Positions 12,046 to 24,305 of a stretch of 40,130 bases of DNA are shown piece after piece (position 1 is the stretch's first letter; each line of letters opens with the position of its first letter). Source of the stretch: Eremomyces bilateralis CBS 781.70 (lineage: Eukaryota); NCBI GenBank assembly GCA_010015585.1, contig ML975178.1. One strand, given 5' to 3'. A model generated the notes under the pieces. It was not told the origin of the DNA, did not search any database, and saw only the letters and a program-made list of their open reading frames with translations. Made by a program: the position numbers and the translations under genes.

Positions 12046-12904
12046 TGATGATCACGAAATATATGGGATGGGTTCCATTTCAACGGGGACTTCGGATCGA
12101 TGAACGGACGTTCTTAGCGCGGAGTAACTGAACCTGCGACACTTTCTCTTCGCTCTACGGCGTCAGGTTGTTATTCGGTGTCAAGATTTTCCTTTCTCAG
12201 GGGTTCTGCTTCCGGCCAGGACAGGGGGACTGCAGCGTACTTCACGACTATCACGATACGACCGAGACATGAAATTGCATTACAGCGGTTCATTATAGAG
12301 GAAGCCCGGAATGGCGCCTTCTCTTAGATTAGCAGCGCTTCATGGCAGACAGACTGAATAGTACTATCGACATCATGGGCTTGCCTGACGAGTGGATATG
12401 CCATAACCCAAGACTAGAGTACGAATTCGTAATTCAGGTTCACCCTGCTGATGTTCCGATAGGGTAGATGGGGCAATTGGTCATTGAGCATTTTCGTGCT
12501 GCCAGGTTCGTGGCTCAGTTGTTGGAATGCTGGGATTAGGATGGTTTCCATTTTTGAATGTGCATACTAATTACAACCACCACTATCCAATTCTGAGCTA
12601 GATGGTTCCAGTTGGCAGTTTCAGCCCTTTACGGTTCTCGGTCGGATTAGAAACATCAGCACAAAGGGTACGTACCAATCCAACATAGTGTACCGCCTTA
12701 TCTGATGTCATCGTACAGATATCCTACTACGCACCGAGATTTCTGAGGCGCCTATTGCGAATTCGCGATGAGTCAAGTCGATGAAGCTTCCATCTAGCTA
12801 CTTTAACTTCACAAACAACCGTTGAGGTCTCTTCCACTTGTGATAAGTACTTTCAATCTTCGTGCTAGTCCACCATCGTATCCGGATAATCAAGATCGGT
12901 CATT

Positions 12905-13995
12905 ATGGTCATCGTAGCAGTTGCTGGAGGCACTTCTCGGGGCCTTGGCTGGTCTATCGTGACGGCGTTCCATGAGCACCCGAATCACACTCCAATTGTC
13001 CTCTCGAGGATGACATCGAAGACGCCGCAATGGCTCACCGACCTACCAGTTGAGATCCGCAAGGTGGACTACGGCTCCGTAGACAGCTTAGTTTCCGCGC
13101 TTCAAGGAGTCCATACGGTAAGCGTACCGCCTCGCATGCTTACAATCTGTATTATGTCTATGCAATATCCGGTTCTACGCCTGTAGATTCTGAAGCTTCG
13201 TCCATACACCTAACCCGCTCTATCGTCGCGTTCTCTAAATCGAGCCAGGTTATCTCCACAACGCTCAACAAAGAAGGCTCCTGGGTCGAAAACGAATCCG
13301 CCCTCCTCCAGGCCGCCCTCCAAGCCGGTTGCCGCCGCTTCGCACCCTCCGAATGGTCCGCCGGCCCCGCCGGCGTTCTGTGCGTCGACATGCTCAAACC
13401 GAAATCCGCCCTCTGGCCACTCTGCGAGCGAGCGGCGAAGGAGCACCCCGGCTTCGAATGGACGCGGTTCGCGGTTGGTATGTTCATGAACTATCTTGGG
13501 TACGGGTGCGAGAGGGAAGCAGAGGCATTGAATGGGATGGAGGATAACGGGGCGAAGTTCGTTTATGTGGGGGAGATGCGGATGGAGATGGCGGTGCGGG
13601 AGGATGGGGAGCCGGCGAGGATCACGCTGACGGAGATAGGGGATGTGGGACGGTTTGTTGCGGCGGCATGTTGCCTGCCAGACGGGAAGTGGACGACGGA
13701 GATGGGGATGGCGGGGGAGACGTTGCGGTTTGATGAGATTGCGAAGATCATCGAGAAGATAAGGGGAAGGGAGATCGAGATCGAGAAGCGGAGTCCGCGG
13801 TTGGTGGAGCAGGAGCTCGAAGAGGATCTGAAAAACGAAGACAGCGGTTACTGGAGGAGGATGTGGCTACAATTGGAGCTCATGGATACTCATGACGTGG
13901 AAGGGGAAGGGGTCATTCGACCCGTACTCAATGAGATGTTTCCGGACATCAAGGCCATTACGGTTGAACAATATATTAAGAAGTTCTGGGAATAG
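12905..13995 (+). CDS. NmrA-like / isoflavone-reductase-like NAD(P)-binding protein, ~319 aa; exons 12905-13117 and 13249-13995
   Basis: Rossmann start VAVAGGTSRGLG, VDYGSVDSLVSALQGVHT|VIST, AGCRRFAPSEW, GMFMNYL, DVGRFVAAA. Phase-0 intron GTAAGC...CAG at 13118-13248. Confidence 0.88.
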
Positions 13996-14083
13996 TCCAT
14001 GCCTTTGTGCTCACAATGGCCCTGGATTCCAATAGCTACATTAGGCCACTCTTATTAATCCTTCAGACAGTATCTAACCAATA

Positions 14084-14256
14084 CAGTCAACCTTCGCTAT
14101 AACGATTGAATCCGTACAGGCGAATCCAATCATTATAACGCGGATATCGCTAAAACGAATTTTCTTGGCAGCATTGATTGAGAATCCGTGCAGGGAATCT
14201 TATCGCTATAACGCGAATATCGCTGTAGCGGTAATCGTTATAGCGGTGGTTGACTG
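14084..14256. mobile_element. 173-bp MITE, Tc1/mariner-pogo-like
   Basis: 24-bp terminal inverted repeats, CAGTCAACCTTCGCTATAACGATT (14084-14107) versus the reverse complement of 14233-14256, 22/24 identical. Flanked by TA on both sides (14082-14083, 14257-14258). No coding capacity. Confidence 0.9.
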
Positions 14257-14399
14257 TACTACACAAATCAAGTTGTTTATTCCCCTTTTATGATTGACTG
14301 TCGCCTGAAATTCTCCATTGCCACAGACTTTCCTCAAATGCTTGAACAACAGATTTGTAGGTCATCAACACCACACCCATTGAAACCAGCCTAATCTTT

Positions 14400-15590
14400 G
14401 TGAACCTCCTTCAATCTGTGTTAGGATGGGTTCCTTGGAATCGTTCAGTAGAGAAAATGCCTGTGGACCTCCAGTTGTCGGTGGTGAAGACTGTCAGTCT
14501 GGAACAAATTGGTGCCCTGATTCATCTGCCAACGCCGTCTCATAAATTTCCACCCATCCAACTTCTGGAGTTATTTTCTCTAGCTTGTATAGAGCGCTAT
14601 TCGATATAGAACTAGATGGTCGTCGATGAAAAAAGTATCCCCGCCGTAATGGGATGTGATCGATATAATATCCGCGCTACCTTCCATGCAACATCGAAGG
14701 GTGTGAAACACCCGCTCTTTTACACCACTTCTTGCAAATTTGCCCAGTAAAGTGTGGACCAGGTGTCCCCAGATGGTACAGCCTTTGTAGGTAAAGTTGA
14801 TATCGCACTGGGTTAGTACGACATCGAAGACGTCAAAAATCGCCAACTGCAAGCTCTCTGAGTCGTTGTTCCAGTGACTGCTGCTCCTAGAAAAACATCA
14901 ACCCATCCAAGATCCTTAGTAATAAGCTTGTACATGGTGCGAATCTAGTTAGAGCTCAAGGATAATCTTTAAATTTCCATGACAACCGTCTTGTCAAGAA
15001 CGGATAGAAGGGTTCAGGTTGGTTTAACCTTTAAGATGACGTCCTGCAATATGAGATCCAAGTCCATGTTCTGATTCTGTGAAATGCCCCATCGCATTAT
15101 CATATCAAATGCTTCATCGTCTTCTAGGGGTTTCCCAATACAGAACAACTGATCGAGCGAGTTCAAGAGGAAAAGAGGAAGAGCGCCATCAAATCCAAGT
15201 CCGCGATAGGACGTAGGAATTCAAGTCGATGTTCGACGAAGTATCTCACTTCCTGCCCCAATTAAAAAGGCAGTAAAGTTGATGTGTGGATTTTCGACGA
15301 GGTTGGGGTCTCGGGAATCCCACCTCTTGCTCCATTGCGTCACGACGGACAGTAGCGGATTGAAAGGTCGAAGGAGGAGAGACGAAATGGACGTGTCACC
15401 ATCCGTTCCAGCCCCTCAAGAGTCAAAATGGCTGGTTGCTGGTTCTCTGGTTCGTTTTGAACCCTTCGGGCGTAGTACACTGTGCGTCTCCATAAAGTCT
15501 TTCAGGATTTTGAATTCCTGGTCGGAATTAGACTCCACATGGGGCGATATTGGGCGCAGAATCGTAATTCTCACTCTACTTTCGCTCTCT
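14400..15590 (-). pseudogene. Possible decayed protein-coding remnant, family uncertain; boundaries approximate
   Basis: One minus-strand frame reads as protein-like from ~15590 to ~14880 with 5 stops (TGA 15418, TGA 15223, TGA 15016, TAA 14971, TAG 14947). It then continues in another frame as the 14580-14852 ORF (...CDINFTYKGCTIWGHL...). Confidence 0.3.
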
Positions 15591-16415
15591 TTAGTTTAGT
15601 GTCTTACGTGCGGCCATTTAATAGAAGCCTATTGGCTAATATCTTTTAGACTAATATTTAATCAGAAACATGATTGGATATCCCAGAATGCCATGCATCC
15701 CAAAAAGCATGCACGAAGTTAACCGCATCTACAAAATTAGCTTTGATCATTGCGGCTGCATCTACTACTACGCAGTACTACTCACCCAGGGATCGGATGG
15801 ACTAAGACTGTTCTAACTAGGCTGAATAACGCCACTGACGGATGAGCCGCTGCTTCCGCTGGTGTACGGAACCTCTAGTCAAGGCTTAGAACTCTGTCGC
15901 GTGAGGCTCTATCTAGTATCTTTGGTGACCCGTGCAACGACTCTAACCTTATCGCGACGGCATGCAGCAACCGCATCAGAACACCGTGAATGTGGGAAGC
16001 GATGATGCCAGAGATTGGTCCCTTCTCAGGTTTCTGGAGGAAGATTGTGGTTCGTGGGGGTGGGAGACTCTGAGTCTTTCCCTCTGCTCGGCGCAGGTCT
16101 CTCATTGGATGCAGTTTGGCGAGCTTAACCCTCCAGCCTAGAGTAGAAGTGGGTCGTATTCAACCCTCCTAATTCTTCCCGTAGGATTCCTGTACGGCTG
16201 TACCGCAGTACCGCAGCCTATCACCTAGATCTGTGGTCCCGTGGATAGCGTTTCTAATTGCTACGTAGATCTCCGCTCATCCTTGCTGTGATGCTGTTAG
16301 ATTTTGTGCCGCATAAGACGGCGCCGTTCCCGGCGTAAGATCGCGTTCTTTCGCTCAATCCTCCCTCTTTTTCGCATGCTCCTTCTCCAGTCGACCCCGC
16401 AGATGCAATTGAACC

Positions 16416-18355
16416 ATGGCAGAACCGAAATTCGATGAAAAGGTCATTGACCCTCAAATACAACCACCCGACTACTACCATAATGCCGGTGAAGTCGAAG
16501 ACAATGCCGACCATCTTCAGCGACATCTGGGCAATCGACAAATCCAGCTCATCGCCATTGGAGGCTCGATCGGAACGGCGCTCTTTGTGAGTATCAATGC
16601 CGGTCTTGCCAATGGTGGTCCTGCATCGTTGTTCCTTGCATTCTCCTTGTCCTCAATTATGTTGGGTTTAGTGAATAACTGTGCGGCCGAAATGTCAACT
16701 TACATGCCTGTTTCCGGAGGCTTCATCCGTCTCGCCGGGAAATGGGTCGACGATGCGTTTGGGGTCATGGCAGGATGGAACTTCTTCCTCTATGAAGCCC
16801 TCCTCATCCCCTTCGAGATTACGGCTATAAGCACAGTGCTTTCGTATTGGCGGGATGATATCCCACCGGCTGCCGTAATTGCAGTATGTATCGTCTGCTA
16901 TGCGTGAGAAATACCATTTTCGTTCCCTTTGAAACCTATCCCCAGATCCTGAAGACAATGTTTTGGAGAATGAATGCTAAAATCTGGCAATAGCGTCTTT
17001 AACGCGCTTGCAGTGCATTACTATGGTGAATCCGAGTTCTGGCTCTCTGGCGGCAAAGTCATACTGATCATCATCTTGTTCTCCTTCACGTTCGTGACAA
17101 TGGTCGGCGGCAATCCTAAGCATGTACGTCTAATCAGCAAATTGCAGCTGAATAGTCATCTAAATCTCACTTAGGATGCTTACGGGTTCCGTTACTGGAG
17201 AGACCCTGGCGCTTTCGCCGAATATCGTACCACCGGCTCCCTAGGGCGGTTTGAGGGCTTCCTCGCAGCACTCTGGACTTCTTCTTTCGCGGTCGTTGGG
17301 CCCGAGTACATCGCGATGATAGCGGCAGAAGCGAAGCGGCCGCGTACCTACATCAAGTCAGCATTCAAAACCGTCTATTTCCGCTTCGGGTTGTTTTTCA
17401 TGGGCGGCGCTCTGGCCGTTAGCATTGTTCTTCCTCGCAACGATCCGACGCTACTTGCGATTATCAACGGCGATGCAGGCGGATCAGGAACAGCTTCTGC
17501 TTCGCCATACGTCATTGCGATGCAAAACCTTGGGGTCGAGGGACTACCCCATCTGGTCAACGCGCTGTTGGTCACTTCGATCTTTTCGGCTGGCAATACT
17601 TATACCTATTGCGCTACGCGGAGCTTATATGGCCTGGCTCTTGAAGGACAAGCGCCTAGTTTTTTCCGGTATTGCACGAAAAGCGGCGTCCCCATCGTCT
17701 GTTTCGCTTTCGTGATGTGCTTCCCCTGCTTGGCGTTCCTTCAGCTGGGCAACAATTCGGCCACTGTGCTTAGTTGGCTAGTACGTTGTTTGAATCCTTA
17801 CAGGTTTCCAGGAGAGGACTTATGCTAAACTCTTATAGGTGAGCCTTATCACTGCCGGCGGTATTATTAATTTCATCGTCATCTGCTCGACATACTTGAA
17901 ATTTTACTACGCGACTAAGGCGCAAAACTTTGATCGGAGCAAGTTGCCATACACTGGTTACCTGCAGCCAGTAAGTTTCGAACCAACTTGAATTGCACGA
18001 ACTGTTCTAATCCTGATCATAGTGGTGCGGCTGGATCGGATTGTGTTGGATGATATTCGTCGTCTTCACCTATGGCTATGCCTCGTTCAAACCTTGGAGC
18101 GTCAAGAACTTCTTCATAAATTATACCATGGTTCTCCTGGCCCCTGTCCTGTTCATTTTCTGGAAGCTTGTCAAGCGCACGAAATGGATCCCGTCAAGCC
18201 AGGTGGATCTTATATGGGAGGCACCAATCATTGATGCGTATGAATTAACTTTCTACGAACCGCCGCTGAGTTTCTGGGTCGAAATGTTGCAGTTGATGGG
18301 AATCAAGAGGAAGGGAAAGGGAGATCGGAGGTCCAGTATCGCCATGCGACCGTAG
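16416..18355 (+). CDS. Amino acid permease (APC superfamily, YAT family, AGP2-like), ~562 aa; exons 16416-16903, 16994-17123, 17175-17780, 17839-17970, 18023-18355
   Basis: LGNRQIQLIAIGGSIGTALF, YGESEFWLSGGK, GFRYWRDPGAF, AAEAKRPR, SPYVIAM and SIFSAGN motifs. Four GT-AG introns keep the frame. Confidence 0.93.
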
Positions 18356-18918
18356 AATTCCCCTTAATGAGCTACGTCGTGTGTGTCGGACAGGACATGG
18401 ACTATGCTTTGGCAGTTAGCACCTTTCCGTAGGGAAACTGCGTTCTACGCTTAATGAATGATCCTAACTTTTTGTTTATCTACTTGTTGATACGCGAGAT
18501 GAATGACAGGAATCTGAGCAAGATAAGCCCAGTTGAGATTAGGTGTATAACCTCCTAGTGTGGAACGAGGCTACAGGAACCATCATGAAATAACGAAAGA
18601 CCCGAGCTAGGATCGGACGGTTGGCTGGTAAAACTAAAGGTCTGCTAGAACTGCTGGAGCGCGTATTTGTTTGAATATGTAGAGCTTATAGCTGGGCATC
18701 GCGTCCAAATACGCGGTGCACCTAGGGAGCATTAATGAATAATGGTACGAAAACCCTAGGAAAGTATGGTACCAGGGGGGCTTCGGATGAGAGTAGCCGG
18801 AGATGGCAGTTCGGTTCCTACAATTGCCGAGCGAGACTCAGAATCCAGCATTCTTACATAGTAGTTCCTTAACCAATATACCGATTGTAGTGCGTAATTC
18901 CCGCCCAAGAAATCAACC

Positions 18919-19887
18919 ATGGCCGACCCTACCATCACCCGCCCCACCCGCTCCCTAGCCGGAAAAGTCGCCATCATCACCGGCGCCGGCTCCGAAGGCG
19001 ACGGCATCGGCAACGGCCGCGCCGCCGCAATCCTCCTCGCCGAGGTGGGCTGCGCGGTCGCCTGCGTAGACTTCGACCTCGCGCGCGCGCAGCGGACGGT
19101 TAGCATGATCGAGTCGGAGGGCCACGGCAAGGCGCTGGCGCTCAGCGGGGACATCACGTCGGAAGATACCTGCAAGAGCATTGTTGAGAAGACGCTAGAG
19201 GCATGGGGGAGGGTGGATGTGCTGGTGAATAATGTAGGGGGCTTGGGGGGGAGGGGGACGGCGGTGGAGGTGGAGATGGAGACATGGGCGAAGGGAATGG
19301 AGTTGAATGTCGGGTCGATGGTGATGATGGCGAAACACGCGATACCCGCGATGCTGAAGAACGAACCCACCCCGGTCTGCCAATATCGCGGGGCGATCGT
19401 CAACATGGCGAGCGTGGCGGGGTTACGGGGCGGAACGCCGCATCTGCTGTATCCGACGGCGAAGGGGGCGGTGGTGAACATGACGCGCGCGATGGCAGCG
19501 CATCATGCGGCGGAGGGGATCCGGGTGAACTGCGTGTGTCCGGGGATGCTATATACGCCGATGATGTATGGGCAGGGGATGAGTGAGGAGATGCGGGCGG
19601 CGAGGAAGGAGAGGAGTCTGTTGAAAACAGAGGGAAATGGGTGGGATGCGGGAAGTGCGATCCGGTTTTTGGCGACGGATGAGAGTCGGTGGATTACTGG
19701 TGAGATGAACGCGATGGATAAAGGGGTTGGGCTAACAAGTATAGGGATTGCATTACCTGTTGATGCTGGGGCGACGTCTGCGGTCATGCTGGGTGAGTGA
19801 TTTGACTTTTCCATACTCCTTTGATCCCGTTGTACAATGTGTGGATACGTTGGATTGCACTGACTCGTTTGGGTTGTAGGCAAATGA
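18919..19887 (+). CDS. Classical short-chain dehydrogenase/reductase, ~278 aa; exons 18919-19699, 19745-19792 and probably 19880-19887 (ends at 19800 if the last intron is not used)
   Basis: TGAGSEGDGIGNG, DVLVNNVG, IVNMASVAG, catalytic YPTAK, IRVNCVCPG. Removing a 45-nt intron (GTGAGA...GCTAAC...TAG, 19700-19744) restores WITG-IALPVDAG. Confidence 0.9.
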
Positions 19888-20075
19888 AGGGTTTGATATC
19901 GAAAACCAATATAGCCAAAGAAAATCAAGTTAAATGGAGCTTCAAATTTCTCCAATTGCTGTAAAACTTGGTCTATCTAGCCGCCTCAAGAAAAATACAT
20001 GGCTAGCGCCTAACGAACCACATTTTTTTTGACAAATGAAGCAATTTATATCAACGACAATCTCGTAAAAGCCCT

Positions 20076-21964
20076 CTATGCCTCCGTCACGTACAAATCA
20101 ACAAACTTATCAACTTCCATCTCCGACAGCTTCTCCAAATCTTGACCCAATGCAACCATCTCCTTGACCTTCGTGGCATCGTAATGCGGGGTGATGTGCC
20201 TCTCGAACTTCTTCAAGATCTCCGGCTTCGCCTCCTCACGTCGCAGCCTGTGTCCAAGCGGCGCCTCGACGACCTCCTCCTCCAGGACGGTGCCGTCGCG
20301 GAGCTTGACAGTGAGGGCGTTGGCGATGGTGCGCTTGTTGGGGTTGTGGTAGTCGGCGGTGAACTGCGGGTCCTCGACGCAGCGGATGCGCTGGCGGAGG
20401 CTCTCGACGAGCTCGGAGGTGGCGGCTTCGGAGCCATCGGGGTAGTCGGTGGCCTCGAGGCGGTTGAAGACGAACATAGTGGAAACCATATACTATTTGC
20501 TGTTAGTATCGAATGCTCGTTTAGCAATATAGAGGGGTAAGGTGCATACCTGGACGCAGTGGTCGCGGTCCGCGAAGTTGTCCATGGGCTTGAACTGCTT
20601 GTCGATGATGCGGATGCAAGCCTCGTGAGTTCGGTTGACGACCTCCTCGATATCGGCAGCGGTCTTGCCCAGAGCCGCGAGCTTCTTGTTGAGGCGCTGA
20701 GCAGCCTCGACGGCAGTTTGGGAATGGAATTCGGCTGGCTCAAGTCAGCTACATCCCCAGTTACGCGGACAATTGAGGAGACTTACCAGGGTAGGAGACC
20801 TTGAACAGAACGCTCTCCATGACATAGCTGCCATACGGCCTCTGGAACTCGAACGGCTTGCCGCCGAAGTTCACGTCATAGAAGCCCCAGGTCGGGGTGC
20901 TGAGGACGGACGGCATGCCACCCTCACCGGCCTGGACCTTCAAGCACAGGTTGACGGCGGTCTGGCAAGCATCACCAGCAGCCCAGCTCTTTCGGCTCAT
21001 GGTGTTCGGGGTGTGCCTGTAAGTGCGCATGGACTGACCATCGCCCCACGCCTGGGAGATAGCATCGCGGGTCTGTGACTCGTTCAAACCGAGCATCTTC
21101 GCCACGACCGCCGTGCTCGCGACCTTGACCAGTACCACGTGGTCGAGACCGACCTTGTTGAAGCTGTTCTCCAGCGCCAAGCATCCCTGGATCTCATGGG
21201 CCTTGATCATGGCCTCGAGCACGTCGTGGACCGTGAGGATCTTGCCGTTGCCGAGGTTGCCGCCGGCACGGTTCGTTCGCGAGATCCAGTCCGCAACGGC
21301 GAGGATGGCGCCCAAGTTGTCGGACGGATGGCCCCACTCGGCCGCCAGCCAGCAGTCATTGAAGTCCAACCACCGGATCATGGCGCCGATGTTGAAGGCG
21401 CCCTGAATGGGGTCCAGCTGGTACGGAGTGCCGAAGACACGGGTGCCATTAGGGACAATGGTGCCGGGAACGACGGGCCCGAGAAGTTTCGTGCACTCCT
21501 TGAATTCCAGAGCCTTGAGACCGCAACCGATGGTGTCGAGGAAAACCCAGCGGGCCGTGTCGAACTATGTGTCGGGTAAGCCCTTGCTTCTCCAATTGGG
21601 GCTAAACGCAGCCAATAGCTTGGAAAGGGGATTGATGAGGCTTCAATTGAGGTTATTGCAAGGAATCACATACTGCCAGTTCGGAGTCGACTTTGTAATT
21701 GTGGATATAGCTCGCCATATCAACCAGCTCCGGATCCCATTTGTTTGCACTTGTCGGCGCAGGAGCGCCGCTTTGGAGAGGAGACATGGTGGAGAAAGCT
21801 GCGGACCTCGAAATCTGCTGTAGACCTGAGAATTTGGAGGTGGAGGAAGCAATGGAAGGGCGAGAAACAGCTCGTGAGATGGCCGAAGCAGTGGGGTTCC
21901 TCGCAGCTTTCTGCCGAAGCGACCTGGATGCTGCAGTGCAGATGTTGCGGCTCAGAGCAGACAT
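20076..21964 (-). CDS. prpD: Mitochondrial 2-methylcitrate dehydratase (MmgE/PrpD family; yeast PDH1 equivalent), ~556 aa; exons 21964-21674, 21564-20787, 20734-20550, 20492-20076
   Basis: [82 protein letters not shown]. Arg/Ser/Ala-rich N-terminal presequence. Three frame-preserving GT-AG introns. Confidence 0.96.
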
Positions 21965-22163
21965 GACGACCAAATGAAGCTCTCTAAATCAAAAGCTTCC
22001 TCTGGAACAGAAGAATTAATGGATCTGTTGCAGGGAAGAAGTCGCGAACTTTTTGTTTTCTCAAAGAAAAAGATCTGGAGCGGACGGGAGAAAACATGAA
22101 CCAGCGGGCGGGTGGGATTTCGAGGGGTTGATCCGCTTGAGCTCCGCGATTCCGGCCGGGCTT

Positions 22164-22169
22164 CCTCGG
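22164..22169. promoter_or_regulatory. Candidate FarA/FarB-type Zn2Cys6 site (CCTCGG) in the prpD promoter
   Basis: Exact CCTCGG 200 bp upstream of the prpD ATG, inside a stretch dense in CGG/CCG triplets (~22080-22215). A hexamer alone is weak evidence. Confidence 0.35.
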
Positions 22170-23348
22170 GAATAACGAGTCGTTCGGATGGGGGAAAATC
22201 TCTGCCGAACGGATGCTCCCAGGAGGCCAGTCCCATGTGAGAACAGTGAGATGGATGGGAGATACCCGAATATTCACGATGGATTACTGCGACTCGACTT
22301 CAATTGTTCATTTGCGTCCCAACAGATTACAATGGATGTTGTAGAACTCCAATGCTAAATGTATGATTGCTTGTATTATTACAGATTGTATGGGAAGGAC
22401 CTCCTACGTCACCACCATGTATCAATTGAATATCATATCTATATAGTATACCCAGAGCATCACTCCATGAGCGATCAAGAACTTACGGAGCTTTAAACCG
22501 AGAAGCGAAACGATCTCCGACACCGGCAACGGCCATTTTATATGTTGATATTTCCAGCTATACGGTAATAATACGGTTTATGGGAAAAGCATGGAATTCT
22601 CACCTCCGAAGCTACGGTTCCATTATGAGCTTTCTTGAACAGACGGCGATGATCATCCGGTTGCTTCTACTCCGAGACAAGGGTAAAACGGAGAACACGA
22701 GCCCGGAACAACTCAGAGTATGAGTTGGCTAACTCGAACACTTTCCATAATTGATCTCTAGCCAGGACAAAGATACCTGTCTTACAAACGACATCTACAA
22801 TGTACGGTAAACGGACTGGCTGTGATGGAGGATACTAAGTACATAATCCTACTTACTTCGCCCAACGACCTGAGACGAAACCTTGATCAGCCGACCACAG
22901 AAGAACTCCATTGCTTCGTCGATCGTTCAATTTGGACAGTTCAACTAGACCTAAAATCACCCATCGATGTAATATCCCGCTGAGCACTGTTCGTGTGTTC
23001 ACCTTCAGTCCTTCACCCCTTGCCACCGCAAGTGCCCCCAAATGACCGGTGCAACCAAGGCAGGGTCTAATTGCCGCAGGATCTTATTCCGTTATTCGTC
23101 ACAATCGCTCTCGAACCGCAAAATGCCCGGAGAAACCGTCCACTATATACCCCGGAATATTGGCGACGTAGACCCGTGGAAGACTCTCGAAGATGGCGGC
23201 GATGGAAGAGGAGCTCAATGTCAAGCGTTTCGAATTCGAGGATGTACTCCGTACAAGGAAGGTCTGTCGAAGAGAGTGCTAGTCGTCGGAAGAGATCCGT
23301 GAACCAACTCTTTGTAGGAGTCGTAGCTCGCCAAGGAGCAGCAGATCT

Positions 23349-24305
23349 CTACACCGTAGCAGTTTTGAGGTTGTTTGCCTCCACGCCCGATGGAAGGTGA
23401 ATCGGCCCGGTGAATCTCCCTCGAACGCGTTCTTCAACTAGATGGATCCACAGCGTTGGTAACCCGATCTCCGAAAGGTGCAACATCGCTTGGCTCGCTT
23501 CGAGGAAGTGGTCTTTGAATGTCTTCCAGAGCGCCTCGTCCTTCTCGTTGTCGCTCCCCGGTTGTGGGAAGTACGGATCGTTATTGACGAACGCTATGAC
23601 GGCTTGAGTTACCCCGTATCCGTCCAGTGTGATGCTCTTGCAGCGGTCGAAATCTAGGATCCAGATGCTATGGTCGCCAAGGGTCTCCGATTTTAGGACG
23701 GTCTGGAATTCGTCGTCGGTTTTCCTCGGGGGAGCAAGAACGAATTCGACATCATCGGCGTCCAATCGCACCTTCCAATAGAGCTCTGCAAGCCCTTCTG
23801 CCAGCTTTTTCGCGTAGAGTGTCGTATCCAGCCCAAGCTCCTCCATTTGGTCAGCATGAAGAGGATAATTTCGGAGACTGAACGCTTGAGACTCTGAATC
23901 TGGTTTGTGCTGCCGCCGGCAGCCTAGATATGGTCGGATTAAGCAGTCTCGGTTCGCTACCGCCTCCTTGCTGGATGCTCGGATGGACTCAGGGGAGTAC
24001 CGATCGATGATCCTGTCGCGTACTTCCCGAGGGAAATGCGGTATCCGCTCGCTGATGAGGGCGTTGCAGGGTCGATGGCCGTTCGGGAATCTCTCAAGAT
24101 GGTCGTTCCACCAAGGATCGTCGACAGGAACGTAGTTGGGGGAATCCGGGGTGGTGACAAGCGCGGCTTTTAGAGCCTTCTGATGCATCACAAAGCCGTT
24201 GTACAGTGAGCCTTCCGATCCCCCTTCTTCTCTTTTGATGGCGTAATGCGTGTCGTCAGCGGACCAGACGGTCCCGCAGGATCCTTCTCCGATGCAGTAG
24301 TACAT
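23349..24305 (-). CDS. DUF3669-family protein, 318 aa, no intron apparent
   Basis: Motifs recalled for this fungal family: IGEGSCGTVW, LISERIP, NRDCLIRPYLG, FSLRNYPLH.DQM, DADDVEFVLAP, WILDFD.C, AF.NNDPYFP.P. The frame stays open for ~40 codons upstream without an ATG, so the start is uncertain. Confidence 0.8.
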   Translation of the reverse strand: MYYCIGEGSCGTVWSADDTHYAIKREEGGSEGSLYNGFVMHQKALKAALVTTPDSPNYVPVDDPWWNDHLERFPNGHRPCNALISERIPHFPREVRDRIIDRYSPESIRASSKEAVANRDCLIRPYLGCRRQHKPDSESQAFSLRNYPLHADQMEELGLDTTLYAKKLAEGLAELYWKVRLDADDVEFVLAPPRKTDDEFQTVLKSETLGDHSIWILDFDRCKSITLDGYGVTQAVIAFVNNDPYFPQPGSDNEKDEALWKTFKDHFLEASQAMLHLSEIGLPTLWIHLVEERVRGRFTGPIHLPSGVEANNLKTATV

